This document shows, one piece after another, positions 27,451 to 41,214 of a stretch of 64,000 nucleotides of DNA. The notes under the pieces are model-generated. The model was not told where the DNA came from and ran no database searches. It saw only the letters and a program-made list of their open reading frames with translations. Position 1 is the stretch's first letter. Every line of letters starts with the position of its first letter. Made by a program: the position numbers and the translations under genes. The DNA comes from Podarcis gaigeae (lineage: Eukaryota). The stretch is from the NCBI GenBank assembly GCA_964106915.2, contig OZ066915.1; one strand, written 5' to 3'.

Positions 27451-30400
27451 CGTCCAGGGTTTGACCCCCATAATGTATGAAAAGAAAGTGCCGCTCTTCC
27501 CTTTCAAACTACTGAACACAAAACCGCGCAACACAACAAATCACTGGCAACTCACTACTTCAGTACAATGCCCCGTAGTTTTGCTGCTTCCAGGATATGA
27601 TTGAACTGGGTGGTGCTAACATTCCTACCGCATGAGCGGGCAAAAAATAAAAATACTTGAATATAGAAGTATGCAGTACAATGATATCACATTATTGCTT
27701 TGCGATGTAAAACCACGATGTGTAAGAAGGTAGAAAGGAAAAAGCAGACATCTCTCGACGCAGGCAGCATGACTGGGCATGAAATAGGCAGGTTTCCGCA
27801 TGAAGAAAAATTGGCTTTTTTTCGGGGCGGGGGGGGGGAGATAAAGCAGAGTGTTTGACTTTTCACTAAAATGTAGGTTCCGGCAGGTGCTTTGCAAAGC
27901 ACTTGGCATTTAAACAGGCCAGTATTTTTTTAATACTTTGATGTTTTAGATGAGGACTCCTCTCCAAACGCACCTTCAGTTTTGCTCTAGGAAAAATAGG
28001 GTGACAATTTATCATGTGATCAGTGGCCAGCAGACTTTTTATTCTACAAAGCTATGAAAGTATGCATGTACATGCATGTTTGAGAACATGAAGCAACAGT
28101 CAAGTAAAAAAAAAAAATTAAAGCCAAAAGGGCACTATAGTTCTATCTCAAGGTTTTGTTATTCTATGATATGACATAATCCTACTCAGTACAAAGGAAG
28201 TGCATCATTTACTTTTCTGGGAAGGGGAACACTTAAAAGGTGGTCTCAAGTGTAGTACTGACTCGATAGCAAAAGGTAATCAGTGTGAAATCACTTTAAG
28301 CAGGGTTATCAAGTAATACTAGCTTCTCACATTTATAGAGTACTGTCTCCTCAGTCCCTTTCCCTATTTAAAGTCATTCAGTTAAGGGGGGGGGGGGGGA
28401 GAGAGAAACACTGTAACGAGATGAGATCATGGCTGTGTCAGTAAAGGTAAATTAAGGGGGATGGAACTGAAACCACCCAGTCAAAACACTTAACTCTCCA
28501 CACTCCCTGAAAGCTTGTTATTTCATGGAAGTTGTCTTCAGATAATTACCCTCTTTGGCATCCTTTGCTCCTGTCTCCTCTCCTGTGAATGACTGCAGTC
28601 TCTTACTCTTGGGAGGGTGAAAAGAGCAACACAAAGTATCTGCACTATCCCATCCTTTCATACCAGAATTTGCCGTTGGTCCTACTTGGCACCAGGCACC
28701 CATTTTGTATAGAGGCCACCCCGTAACACACCAATTAAGTAGGTAGCTGCTTTCATAAATTACTAAATTTCTGGGGGCTCTCAGAAGTTTTTTTATCTGT
28801 GCTACAGACTAAGACAAGTTACTTCCCCTAATTATCTGTATAAAGCATGATAGTATTTTTGTTAACTGGGCGATGTAAACAGGCATGAAGAAGCACTGGA
28901 ATACCACATCCCTTTGAAAGCAACTCCATTTGGCTGAGAGGAAGCTATGCCCACGGGAATCAATCTAGAAAATGATAACTGTAGGTGTTCGATTCCAGAT
29001 GATAAAGTAGGAAAAATAGGTCATCATGAATCCAACACTTTCCTCAAGTACGGTAAATGTCCCATTGCTGCTGACACAAATATATTTCTGTCTTTCTTAA
29101 ACTCATCAGACCATGTATTTAAATCTTTGAAACAGATGGGTTATTTTTTGAACATACCCCTCTTCACGTTTGCAGAATGGTACATATGCAATTTATCAAA
29201 TATTTATTAGCTAACCCTATAAATACACAGTGCATATGCAGAAGCACTGGGCAGTGTATATGCCATTTCAGGGCTAATATCGCCCCTTACCACCCTGTTT
29301 TTTAGAAAATATGTCAAGGCACATCTTCCTAATTTGAACTTCTGTATCTTTTAGTAGTACTTGCAATGTTTTTATCACATTTTTATTTTTAATACACTGC
29401 CTTGGTAGTTTTCAGAAAGGCAGTACAAAAGTAAATAAGCATAACATTTCTGGAATACAGATGCTCTTGCTTAACTCCATTCCAACAAGACAGTAACAAT
29501 TTCATTTTAGTAATAAATTTCTTGAGATTGCCTTGTTTTAAAATACTTATAAGTACATACTATCAGGTGAATCTATACAATTTCGGATGGAGACAAAATC
29601 TTAAATTTAAAAATACGTTAAAAAATATACCCCAGTATTCTTAGGACATTCTTAAAATTTGGATTTCATCAGCATGCGTAGAACTCAAATTATGACAATG
29701 GATGCTGAAGCCTCTCTCCTGCCTCTCCTTCCATCTCGTCTCAAGAAGCCCCATACCATGGATTTTTAACAGCAGAAGCAGAACCAGTAATATTTACAGT
29801 AAAATTACAATCTTAAACCTGGCTGCTCTGAACTAGATACCTCAACTTTATCACAACTTATGACCGTGGGCTGCCAGTTTTGCACCAGGTCCTATGCCTC
29901 CTATGGCAGCTTACCTGAATCTCCACAAGGCAACAAGAGTAACTTAACTGCCCAGCTGCAGCAGGGTTCTGGAAAAAGTAGGAAGGCAACTGCATATATG
30001 GCAATTTCTGCACTAACAACTTCTGAGCACTAATTAGGCCTTCACACTAATGCTAGAACCCCAATGTTGTATTCACATAAAAGATTACAAGACTGGAACA
30101 AACTACAATGTCTGTTTTCCCATTCCACAAGGTATACTGTTGTTTTTGATGAGAGCACTGTTTTAATTACTAAATGTGTAAAATAATCTCATAATATCCT
30201 AACCATATTTTACTCCCTAGCAGATGAAAAACATGTAAATACTGAGCCCTCTATTAATGTAATAGCTTTATCCTTTTTTATAACTTAACAGCAGTTTATT
30301 GTAAGGAACAGTACTTTATATTTTACAGATTACTTTGTTATGAACTTAAGTAGGCAAAACTAATGTGACATAGGAGATCCACTATCCAGTTATTTTTAAT

Positions 30401-30499
30401 AACTGATCCCAAGCAACTACTCCAAAGATAGGAGAAATGAGGTTTCATCCCCTTTCATCTTAGGCTATTTCCCCCCAATCTAAATCAGCCTTCTCAAGC

Positions 30500-31230
30500 T
30501 ATTCATTTATTTATATGCCGCCAACTCATATTTCAAGGCAGAGTACAATAATATATACAACAAAACATAAAACACCATAAAAACAATATAAAATGATTAT
30601 GAAAATGACTAGCTAATCAATAAAGTTTTAACAGCTGTGCAGGTCCTAATGGCATAAAAAGATCTTTATGAAAGTACTAAGAGTGCCTGCTAAATCTCTC
30701 CTGAAATAGTATTTATTCCACAGGTCAGATGTGGAATGTCCATCTTCTAGCGGAGTCCAGTCAGTCCTCTCTAACATGTGGGACAACTAACAGCGCTCTT
30801 CTGGATGATCTGACTGATTGATCACCAATCACAGGTTCAGGCAGTCCTTAAGATATCCTGGACCCAAAGTTGTTCAGGCCTAGTCCAGGAGTATATGGGC
30901 AGCCAGGGCAGAGGTTTTAGCAGAGGTGTTCCATGCTATTGGCCATCTGACACCATCAGCAGCCTAGTCCCTGCATTCTGCACTAGCTGGAGCTTCTAGA
31001 CCAGGCCCAAGTGCAGCCCCACATATAGCCCACTACAGGAATCCAGTCTCAAGGTTACCACTAGCTGAGCCAGCCCAATCCTGATGCGGCCAAAACAGTT
31101 GTTCCAGAGAAAGCAGGTAAAAGGCACTACTAACTATACCTCCAAGCTTTATACCTGCTTCCAGAGGAGTGCAACCCCATCCAGAACCGGAAATTTGTCT
31201 CTATCTTCCAGACCCATAAACCACCTCTCC
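30500..31230 (-). mobile_element. Decayed L2-type LINE 3' fragment
   Basis: Minus strand near 31010-31060 resembles the L2 motif xRLDYCNxLYVGLP (here LRLDSCSGLYVGL); A/T-rich tail near 30500. Confidence 0.6.
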
Positions 31231-31514
31231 ATAAAGCCTCCATCTTGCATTTCTCCCCACAAAGTTAATAGCAGGGTGATGGGTTGCTTTTTAGATAGGG
31301 GGAATGTGAGGGAAACTGTATGTGAAAAAAGGGTTAAACATTTCACCAGCACTTCAAAGTAGCTGTGTGAGGATGGATAATCACTAAAAAGCCTCGAAGA
31401 AACCTAGCCACAGATCACCCACATTACATATTGTTTGACCGTAGTCTTTCAGAACAGTCTGTCAATTATACACAAATATAAAGGTTCGTGCCAGCTGGTT
31501 TCCTTTTGTATATA

Positions 31515-31653
31515 CTTGGGATAGCTCAGTTGGTAGAGCATGAGACTCTTAATCTCAGTCATGGGTCTGACCCAACGTTGGACAGGTTTCCTGCATTGCA
31601 AGGGGTTGATCTAGATGACCCTTGTGGTCCCTTCCAACTCTATGATTCTATGA
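31515..31653 (+). mobile_element. tRNA-Lys-derived SINE with CR1-type ATTCTATG tail
   Basis: GGATAGCTCAGTTGGTAGAGCATGAGACTCTTAATCTCAG head; GGTCCCTTCCAACTCTATGATTCTATG tail. Confidence 0.85.
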
Positions 31654-31941
31654 AACACAAGCAAAACATTTTCATCTGGCTATCTATTGTAGAAACCTTG
31701 GCATTTCTTTCCAAGGTTTCCAGTACAAGAGCTATTCTATTTTTAAAAAAGGATAAGTCTGTCTCTCTGCCTCTGACAATTTTACTCTGCTCTAGACAGT
31801 AGGGGGCAGCATAATAACTGGGCAAGCAATTTGATGAAACAGCAAGTAACTAGTGGATTCAGTGTCTGCCACATCAGCTGACTCATCCCAAGTTTAAATG
31901 TTATCACAACACAGAAAAATAAGCTTATTTTAAACAAGAAG

Positions 31942-31947
31942 TTTATT
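31942..31947 (-). terminator. Probable SUMO2 polyadenylation signal
   Basis: Minus strand reads TTTAAATAAACTTCTTGTTTAAAA, about 530 nt after the stop, at the end of a U-rich 3' UTR. Confidence 0.7.
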
Positions 31948-32477
31948 TAAACAACAAGACGCTTTACTTGAAGGGAAAACTATCCAAGATCAAATTTTTG
32001 TTTAGAGTAATTTACCCCTACTTAAAGACAGATTGCTCTACATGTAACAGCTACGTACAAAAAAGTTATAAAATCGTCCTTGGTTGTACAACGATAAAAG
32101 AAAAACATTGAAATTATCCAATCAAATAAGGTATGCAAGGTTTTTGTTTTTCAACAATGAGAGCAAAATAACTTACTGGAATATAAAGATAAAAGTTAGA
32201 GGAGCATGCCATGGAGGAATGGGGCATTTTCACAGACCAGTTTGTTTTTACCACCCCATCTCCATATGATGTTGATCAAAACATACCATTGGCCATTTAG
32301 TTAAAAAAAATATGCATGTCTGTGCACATACACCAGTTACGTTATGTACAATAGAAGGAATAGGAAAGGAAATCAAAGAGAGAAAGCTATACTGCAGTAG
32401 TCAAGATGTGGCTGAACCAAGTCTCGTTTTTCTAATTGTGAATGTGTTGTCTGTGGGAAAGGGAGTTTGGTTCTCTT

Positions 32478-35400
32478 TTAGTAGACTCCTCCTGTCTGCT
32501 GCTGGAACACATCAATTGTATCTTCGTCCTCCATTTCCAACTGCATTGAAAAGATTTAAAATTCAATTCAAAATACAACAAATGACACAATCAAAACATT
32601 TTTATTTGCATTTCTCCTGCTCTAAAGAGAACTACAAGCAAATACAAGAGCCTAAAGATTGCTCTGTGGTTGTAACACGAAGTCCACTAATGTACCTAAA
32701 CTAGAAAACAAGGTTGCATTACAGAGTGAGTGAACTGAATTCTGTTGGTACTGCCAGACTCAATGGATTGGATCAACAGAAGCACAAATGGCACAGAGCT
32801 TGTGCAATGGGGATTTTCTGGTTTATCTTTCCCAGTGGAGTCCCAGGTGTCTCTCAAAAGCCACTCCATAGGGAGCAAAGGCCCCTCCAGAATGCGGGGG
32901 GAAGGGGAGAGCACTACTGCAGGATGGGAAGACTGACAGAATTCAGGAAAGGCTATCTTGTCTGCATGCAAGTGTCTTCTTTCCACTTGTGCAAGACACT
33001 TTTGAATCGAAGCCAACAGAGATTAATAATCCAGAGTTAATTATAGTAAACTTAAGTGCATTTTCTGTAATTAAGACAGAAGAATTGTACTATTCACTTG
33101 TCAGGATGGTGAATCCGTAACAATAATAATGTATTACTGTACAGGGATCAGATTAAAACTCCCTACACACCTGCAATGAAGGCTAAAGTATTAGGATGGC
33201 ACAGGGAGAATTGGGTAAAATTCAAATTGTACTTTTAGGTTGTCGAAAACTGCATGCAGAACCCGATTATCAAGAACTAGAGACATAAAATCTAAAAAAA
33301 TTAAAAAATTGTTGCATTTGGCAATTAACTGAATAAGTGTTCTACATACCACAGTGTTAGTTGCAAATCAGCATGACCTACCTATTAACATGGATAAGAT
33401 TTAGTATTAAACTATTTCGTAGCTGATATTTGTATTCTTATTTTCTGTTTTCACTCTAGCAGAAACTTTGGCAGCTTTTTTCTTACCTGTGCAGGTGTAT
33501 CTGTTTCATTGATTGGCTGCCCATCAAACCGGAATCTGATTTGCCTCATTGACAAACCCTACATAAATACAAATTTAAAAAAGAGTCTCAATTACTTATC
33601 AGCTGAGCCAAACAGCTACCACAAGCCATACTTATTTTACCAATCTTTGCATTTACGAAAAGTATACCAAAATACAATTATTGAGCGGTAAATTAAGTGT
33701 TGCTTGTGTAATAAAGGTGTTCAGAAGTGCCCCTACTGGTAGCATGTAGGAGATGCTAGATAAATTTTCAAGTCCAAAAGCAGTGATTTCAGATCACAAT
33801 TGGGAGTAAACTTGAATGAGACTTTAGGGTGGCAAGTCTCAGAAGGACTGACATTTCAGAAGGATAGCAGGATTCACTTAATGTACCCCATTAGTGGTAG
33901 CCCTGTGCAAGGACTTCCTCTTGTATGACAGGTCTCTCCCTCCCCACCCCTCAAAATTGGCTGCTGGTGGTAGAACCCCACAAACAGCATGGGGGGAGGC
34001 GACAGTTCCATCTGGCAAGTGGCAATGCTTCTGCAGTCAGAGTATTTGTAATAATGCTACACTGAATTTCACCCACAGCCAAAGCAGAGAAACAAGAATA
34101 TTTTTCTAGGTTTATTGCACTGCATTGCAAACATCTAACAAAACCGCTGTTTCTGCACTTATGAGTTCTGCAAGGCACAACAAAAGCATTTCCGAGTAAG
34201 ATATGTCAAGGCTGTATATTAAGTTTTAAATTATCTTTTTTCCACTTAAGTGCAGTTCCTCTCTCATTTTTTTGGTTATACCATCATTTTGGCCACTAGG
34301 AAGCTTCAATTACCAAAATAGAAGCCAAGGTTTGCTCCAAACTGTTACATGGGCTAGAAATCTTGAAAAGTTATAGAACTGATCCTATTAGGCTGTGCAT
34401 ACTAAATATGCCTAATTATTATTTGGGTATGTTTTTGAAACAATGTGAAGATGAGATAGAACCTTAGGTACAAGCATTGTTACCTTGAATGAGTGTGCAC
34501 TGGTCCTTACTTCCAGTTCGTCCAGAAGTAAAATAAACTATCATGACTAAGCCCATATATTGTAAATCCAAACTGCTCTGCCCTTTTTAACCCATTGCTT
34601 TGCTGCATACTTTTAGGGCTGTCACTTAACAACATGAACTAACACATTCTACCACAAGTAGAAATTTGTCACTTGTAACATACTGCACTTTAGCCCAATT
34701 GTTACTTTCAGCACCAAAGGCCAAAGCTACATTTCTTGTGTGCTCATTTTAGAACTAATAATGCTACTATTATTATTATTATTTTGCTGTTTTAATTAAA
34801 CTGCTTAGAGGTTTTCTCTAAACCATGTTATATTTTTTTAATCTCCACATTTTAGGCTAGAAACAGATTCTCATAGGGAAGACTGGCAATTTAGGACTTT
34901 TAAAAAAAAACAAACACAAAACCTTCTCACATCCACAATTTTCTCCAGTCAAATTTGCAGTAATCAGGTATGTGCCCACCTTTCAATATGGCAGCAATGA
35001 GGCCCACAAGACTTCCACATTTGCACTGTGTAGCCATTGTGATCAGGCAATGTTTACTTGCACTTGAAATCACAAGCCATCAGGCATGGTGCAGGTAAAG
35101 GGTCAGGGGTAGCAAGACATCATGCCTTTGCTCTTATGGTTTGATATCAAATGCATGGGCAAAAACAGGTCACAGGACATCACTGTGACATATTAGGTGA
35201 TTGATAGGTGGTCAGCCCTGTCAAGCCTAGCCCACGGGGTCAATAAGCATCCAGCTCTTACTCCTGCAACATGGGAAGGAATCTGACATACACTATGGGT
35301 CAGGAACAGTCTTCAGCTTTGGAATTCATCCTTGTTGTGCAGTGCTTCCATAACATTGGGAAGGCCCAGCAAAGCACAAAGTAGTCCCATCTCTCCTTCC

Positions 35401-38400
35401 AAGCGTGGATATAGGGACAAAAAAGAGATTGTCTCACTGTGCATCAGAGGTGTTGGGGCTACTTATGCTTGCCATAGCAAGAACTTGTGGACCTCTGCTG
35501 CGTACCATGCATAATTATGTACCTGCTTGATCCAATGCATCAATGATCCTGTCTTACCATTTTTTTTCCTTTGTCCTCATGAAATGCTACACCTTAGTCT
35601 CATCATTTATTTGCATATTTTGTATTATACTTTCAGTGTTTAGTGATGCTTGGATATACAGTGGTACCTCGGGTTAAGAACTGAATTCATTTGGGAGGTC
35701 TGTTCTTAACCTGAAACTGTTCTTAACCTGAAGCACAACTTTAGCTAATAGGGCCTCCCGCTGCCACTGCACGATTTCTGTTCTCATCCTGAAGCAAAGT
35801 TCTTAACCCGAGGTACCACTGTAGAATATCTTTAGCAAGCATTATGTTGGAAGACTGCCATGTTCTTGCTCCTCAACAATTACATGAAAGTCTACTAAAA
35901 TGAGGTTGAATGTTTCACTGAAGTATTCGCAGAATGACCAACAATTTCTTTCATCCAAAAATTATCCCTCATCCTCAGCTTAAGACACAAGCTTCTGCAA
36001 AAGACAAAGCTAGCTTACCACTCTATGGTAAAGCCACAACACAATTTTGAGAAGACTGCAGTGTAAGCACTCAGTCTAGCACAAACCTTAGGGTGAAGTC
36101 TGTTCACAGTCCTTCAGTGAAAACTTAACAGGATAACTATTGTTCACAACTTGCATCATATTTAAAGTTTGTGAATATAAGTGCTATGCCCTAACCATGT
36201 TAATAACAAGTGGTAGAGCAAGCTAACTTCAGAGACCAACTTCACCGTGACATGTACAAAATCTCAAAATATTCAAATGTTTTGTGTTAATATTCTTACA
36301 TTGCCTTATTACTATGAAAATTGTTCCCATTTTATTTACTAGGTTGTGGTAGTCTTAAGTTTTCTAAAGCTGCAATATGGAAGCATGCACCTTTTGAAGC
36401 AGATTTATTTCCAAGCCAGAAGAGTGGGAAAACAGACCATATGATGAAAACACTGCATAAGTTTCCCCAAACTCAACTGCAAAAACAGGTGTCATAACTT
36501 AATAGTACCACAACCTGCTATAATAAAATTATTCCAAACAATACAAAAGCAAATACTGTAAAAGTTAACTATCAGCACCAAAATGCCTAGACTTGCTTTC
36601 TTCTCTTTTTTTCTGTTTTTGCTTCGTTCACCAAGCTGGAAAACTCAAAAAGGAATGTAGCACTTATCTTCTAAATAGGTGGGAGCTATGGAGAAAGCTT
36701 AACTGAGAATGAACCTTTTCCTTGAGAGTACAGTGGTACCTTAGGTTACATACGCTTCAGGTTACAGACTCCACTAACCCAGAAATATTACCTCGGGTTA
36801 AGAACTTTGCTTCAGGATGAGAATAGAAATCGTACTGTGGTGGCGCGGCAGCAGCAGGAGGTCCCATTAGCTAAAGTGGTGCTTCAGGTTAAGAACAGAC
36901 CTCCAGAACGAATTAAGTTCTTAATCAGAGGTACCTCTGTACTGAAGATCATGAAAGGATGCACTTTCATTACATGTACAATTGTACATGTTTATTACAG
37001 GGTTGGGACGCAGGTGGTGCTGTGGGTTAAAGCCTCAGCGCCTAGGACTTGCCGATCGGAAGGTCAGCGGATCGAATCCCTGCGGCGGGGTGCGCTCCCG
37101 CTGCTCGGTCCCAGGGCCTGCCAACCTAGCAGTTCGAAAGCACCTCCAGGTGCAAGTAGATAAATAGGGACCGCTTACCAGCGGGAAGGTAAACGGCGTT
37201 TCCGTGTGCGGCTCTGGCTCGCCAGAGCAGCGATGTCACGCTGGCCACGTGACCCGGAAGTGTCTCCGGACAGCGCTGGCCCCTGGCCTCTTAAGTGAGA
37301 TGGGCGCACAACCCCAGATTCTGTCAAGACTGGCCCGCACGGGCAGGGGTACCTTTACCTTTTATTACAGGGTTAATAGGCATGAAGGTGCCTCAAAATG
37401 TTTCTTTGAGTATTCATACAGTCTTCTCACCTGTCGTTCACAATAGGCTTTCATTAATTTGCTAAGTGGTGTATGCCTTTTAATCTTAAACTGCACCACA
37501 GATCCATCTTGCCCTGCAACCTTCAGATTAATGTGGTCATTATTTTCAGTCTTCACACCTTCCTGTAAGGGAAGAAAAAGCATAATGATTTTAAAGTTAT
37601 CCATCTAGTAATGAATCCTCAAGTTCAATATGCATTATCACAACCAGAGTTCTCAAAGACTAGCCACTACAGCTCTGTTTCAGAAATATCATTCGTTACC
37701 AAGTGGTTTTAGTGGGCTGTTGCCAACTAACAAATGGTCCATAGTAGCCAGGTCAATTAGATCACTGCAACTATTTCTATGCTTTGTGTTCTGAACTAAA
37801 CATAGATTTCACTTGATTTATCTACTATACAAGATTCACAACAATACATGGCAATACTAAAACTAACAAACCTCATTAAGTTTGCAATTCTACACAAACT
37901 TACCTGGAAGTAAGCACAAGTGAGCTCAGTGGGGCTTACCTACTCAGACATTTCATTTTAAATCACCCAATAAAACTGACCAGCACCATATAATGATGAA
38001 TTTAAGAGCCAAAGTGCTCTTGACTTACTATATGGGGAAAGAGTTTTAAAGGTTAAGGCAGCAGCATGCAGCTGTAAAGAGCACAATAGTTAATTTTATC
38101 CTTCTTAGGAAAGCTACAGCTATTCTTGGAGCTTTAGCTACAGACCTGACAATTACCAACACCTCTCTTGCTTTATTTAAACTAAAGGCAAGCATTAAGT
38201 TATTGTTCTAGTGCATTTATGTACACAACTCTGAAGCACAGCCTCATAATGCATGCAATTATTGTTTTATTCTGTCCCTTTAGCATAATGAGAACAGAAC
38301 TACTTCTCTTTTTCTTTCTTAAAATAACTCCACCACTGGAAAAAAAAGACATTTTCTTAGCCAAGTTTTGGATCTGGGTTTAGGGTTCAAATCTCCTCTG

Positions 38401-39862
38401 CCATAAAGTTCACAGGGTGTTATTGAGCTAGTTACTGTCTCAGCCTTAAACTATTTCACTGGGTTGTTATGGGGATCAAATTGGGGGGGGGATGCAATCC
38501 ACCTTTAATTAATCGGCAGAAACACTGGATATAAATATAATAAATAAGAGGAAAAGAAAAATAATGTATCTTAAAATGTGCTTATCTTCTCTCACTGAAC
38601 AGGGTTAAAAAACAACTACCACCACCAGCTTTTTAGCTTTTATCTTAAGGAACTTAAGAAACAAAAAGTTACTTTGCAAGCATGCCCACCATTTTTTAAA
38701 AGTACATAGCACCTACTAGTCTGGGTCTGGGTAAGGTTCCTCCATACTATACTGTAAGCTATGCAGGTATGCTGGGGTGCCACTTAAAAGGGCATCGTTT
38801 GACCTTAGGAACATTCCCTATTTCTGATCGCTACGAGCTCAGAGCCTCATGGAACAACTCGTACCTTTGAAGAACCCATGACTATGACCATCCCATTAAG
38901 TTCACAGTACGCCCGACTCCACACAACAGACGTTCCCTATGGCCTACCTCCGATGCACCTAAGACACACGCACAAAAATACAAAAACCACAGGCGCCACG
39001 GGGCCCTCACGCTGCAAGGCTTTGCAGAGAGCTCCTGGAAGGCGCAGCAGCGAAGCCCCACAACTCCGATCTCGCCCTTGCACACTCCCGCACACAAAGC
39101 AAACTCCATCTAAATGGCACGCACGCACAGAACACCACCACCGTCGCCCCCTTTTGTAAAAAAAATAATAGTAACGTTCCTGTTCAACCGCCTTGAGCGG
39201 CGGGCGGGATCCCGCGGAGTCCGCGAGAGGAAAGGGGTTTTTCGCGCAGCCAACGTTTTGGCGCCTCCGAAGTCACATTTAAAACGAGGCGTACGTCGGA
39301 AAAGGAGGGAGGGAAGCAAGGAAGGAGGAAAAGGAAAAGCCAGGCCACCCAGAGGCCAGTTACCTCCGCGGGAAGAGAAAGAGGGGTTACCTGCCGCCCA
39401 GGGGCCACTTAGGGAGGACAGCAAGCAGCGTGCAGGGCGGCCAGGAAGGAAGCGACACAAAGAGGGGCCTTGCCATCGCCATCCGCCTCGCCGGTCAATA
39501 AAGCTGCGGACGGCGCCCACCACACGAGGGACTAGCGCCTCTTTCTTGCAAAGGGAGGGGGCCACAACATCAACAACAGAAACCCGAGAGGGAAGGGGCC
39601 GTTCCGCAGCCCTCCGCAGGGGCAAGGGAGGCTCGCCGCTGTAAGGAAAAGCGAGCTCCTCGAGGGGGCACCCCATCCCTTCCTCCCCCTCCCCCTAGAA
39701 AGAAATCCGATTAAGGCGGAGAGGGGGAGGGGGTGGAAAATGGCGCGCAAGAACCGGCGCGGCAGAGCCGACGCTGCGCCGCCTCCGTCCCCGCCGCCCG
39801 TGCCGGCTCCGTTGCCTCCGCTCCCCGCCGTCTTCACTCACCTTGGGCTTCTCGTCAGCCAT
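32478..39862 (-). CDS. SUMO2: Small ubiquitin-like modifier 2; complement(join(32478..32540,33487..33558,37431..37562,39842..39862)), 95 aa
   Basis: Exons 21+132+72+63 = 288 nt. [95 protein letters not shown]; the GG-VY tail is SUMO2-type. Introns show it is the parent locus, not a retrocopy. Confidence 0.98.
35659..35821. mobile_element. Tc1/mariner MITE, short variant
   Basis: TIRs CAGTGGTACCTCGGGTTAAGAAC / GTTCTTAACCCGAGGTACCACTG, TA TSD. Confidence 0.88.
36731..36939. mobile_element. Tc1/mariner MITE
   Basis: CAGTGGTACC...GAGGTACCTCTG with TA flanks; opposite orientation to the 35659 copy. Confidence 0.85.
37005..37360 (+). mobile_element. Full-length Sauria-type SINE, young
   Basis: Perfect 14-bp TSD TTTATTACAGGGTT (36991-37004, 37361-37374), ACCTTTACCT tail, many CpGs retained. 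Confidence 0.92.
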
Positions 39863-40300
39863 GGCGAGTTCAGCGGGGGCCGGTCCGCTGCGAGCACCTC
39901 ACGCGAGCAAGTGGGGGGACGGAAGGATGAAAAAAGGCGACCGCGACGGCCGAGACAGAAAGACTGGGGGAGGGGGCGAGTGAGCGCGCACGCACTGCCG
40001 CGGGGCCGCGCCTGAGCCTGCGAGAGCGCGCACGCACGGCCTCCCCCTCCCCCTCCAGTCCGCTCGCCATTGGGCCTCGGCGGGGCGAGAGCGCGCAGCG
40101 CCGTTACATAACTCGGAAGAGAACGGTGGAGGGAGGAGGCAATGGCTGCGTGCGTGCGCGCACCCAGGGGCGTCGTCCGCGCCCCTGCCCAACGTGCGCG
40201 CGCCCCGCTGGGCGCAGCGAGCATTGCTCTTGCTCGTGAAGAGGGTATTGTCTTTTCAAAATGGCCGCCGGGCCTGGGAGACTGCAGAGATCTCCAGCTA
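38900..40300 (-). promoter_or_regulatory. CpG island / promoter of SUMO2
   Basis: Very CpG-rich; YY1-type AAATGGC motifs near 39737 and 40258, NRF1-like GCGCACGCAC repeats, CCAAT near 40069, GTTACATAAC at 40103-40112. Confidence 0.75.
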
Positions 40301-41214
40301 GCCAATTCGCACTTTCCATCAAGTTACCATTGCTATGATTTACATGGTCCTGCTAAACAGCAAATCTCTCTGCCTTTTCAATTGTTCCTTTTCATTTGGT
40401 TAATGGGCTAGCCACGTTAATCCTTGTTAGATTTCTGTGTACAACCATTCTATCTCTGTTGCACCAGATATCACCCAAAGTAGGTCCCTACTTTCCCGGA
40501 TGTTAGCTGAAGTTTTCTTGTACCAACTCCATAATTTCTCTTTGTATCCCACTAAATAAATTGTCATTCATGCATATGTTAAACTGCTATTACACTGAAG
40601 TGTGCCTATCTACTAATAAAAAACTACAAAATATCAGATTTCCTCATTACCTTACATGGAAACTGAACCTGTACACTTTACTAATATTCACTGATAATTT
40701 CTTTTCACTTTCCAAATTAACGCACCTTGATCTCAAATGTCCAGAAAGAAAAGCACACTGGTTCTGGAATAAACCCATCACTGATGTTTTAAGAAAGGAT
40801 ATTTACATAATCCTCAAATATGAACAGGAAAATTGTGTTGCTATTTTCATAAACTTGCTTTAATCCCTGAATATCCTAGTGGAACAGTGGTTTCCACTGC
40901 TTTCATTTATCAGGGGTTCCTTGATGAGAAGGGCAGATAAATTTCCCTGAAAAAACTTCACTACTGTTTATCTTCCCTGCATAGTGCAGTCACTGGGAAG
41001 TATTGAGTGAATTCTTAGTTCACCTGGGGCCCAGCAGACTTGCCGGTTTTCCACACTGTGTGCAAATAGAAATTAGAAGACAATTAATGTGTGTGATAGA
41101 GAATAGGCATAAATGCACAAAAAGCAAATGGTCAGCTATTGTATTTTTGGGCAGAGCAATGCTATAGCTTTGGTACACCAGAATACCACTAATGCTGTTG
41201 GTGTAACATAGTTC

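Noticed and set aside
28518-29210. Short ORFs between JPT1 and SUMO2 as a possible extra gene
   Set aside because: No recognisable protein similarity, promoter or consistent exon structure.
39110-40305. Long Arg/Gly/Pro-rich ORFs around SUMO2 exon 1
   Set aside because: CpG-island composition artefact with no recognisable homology.
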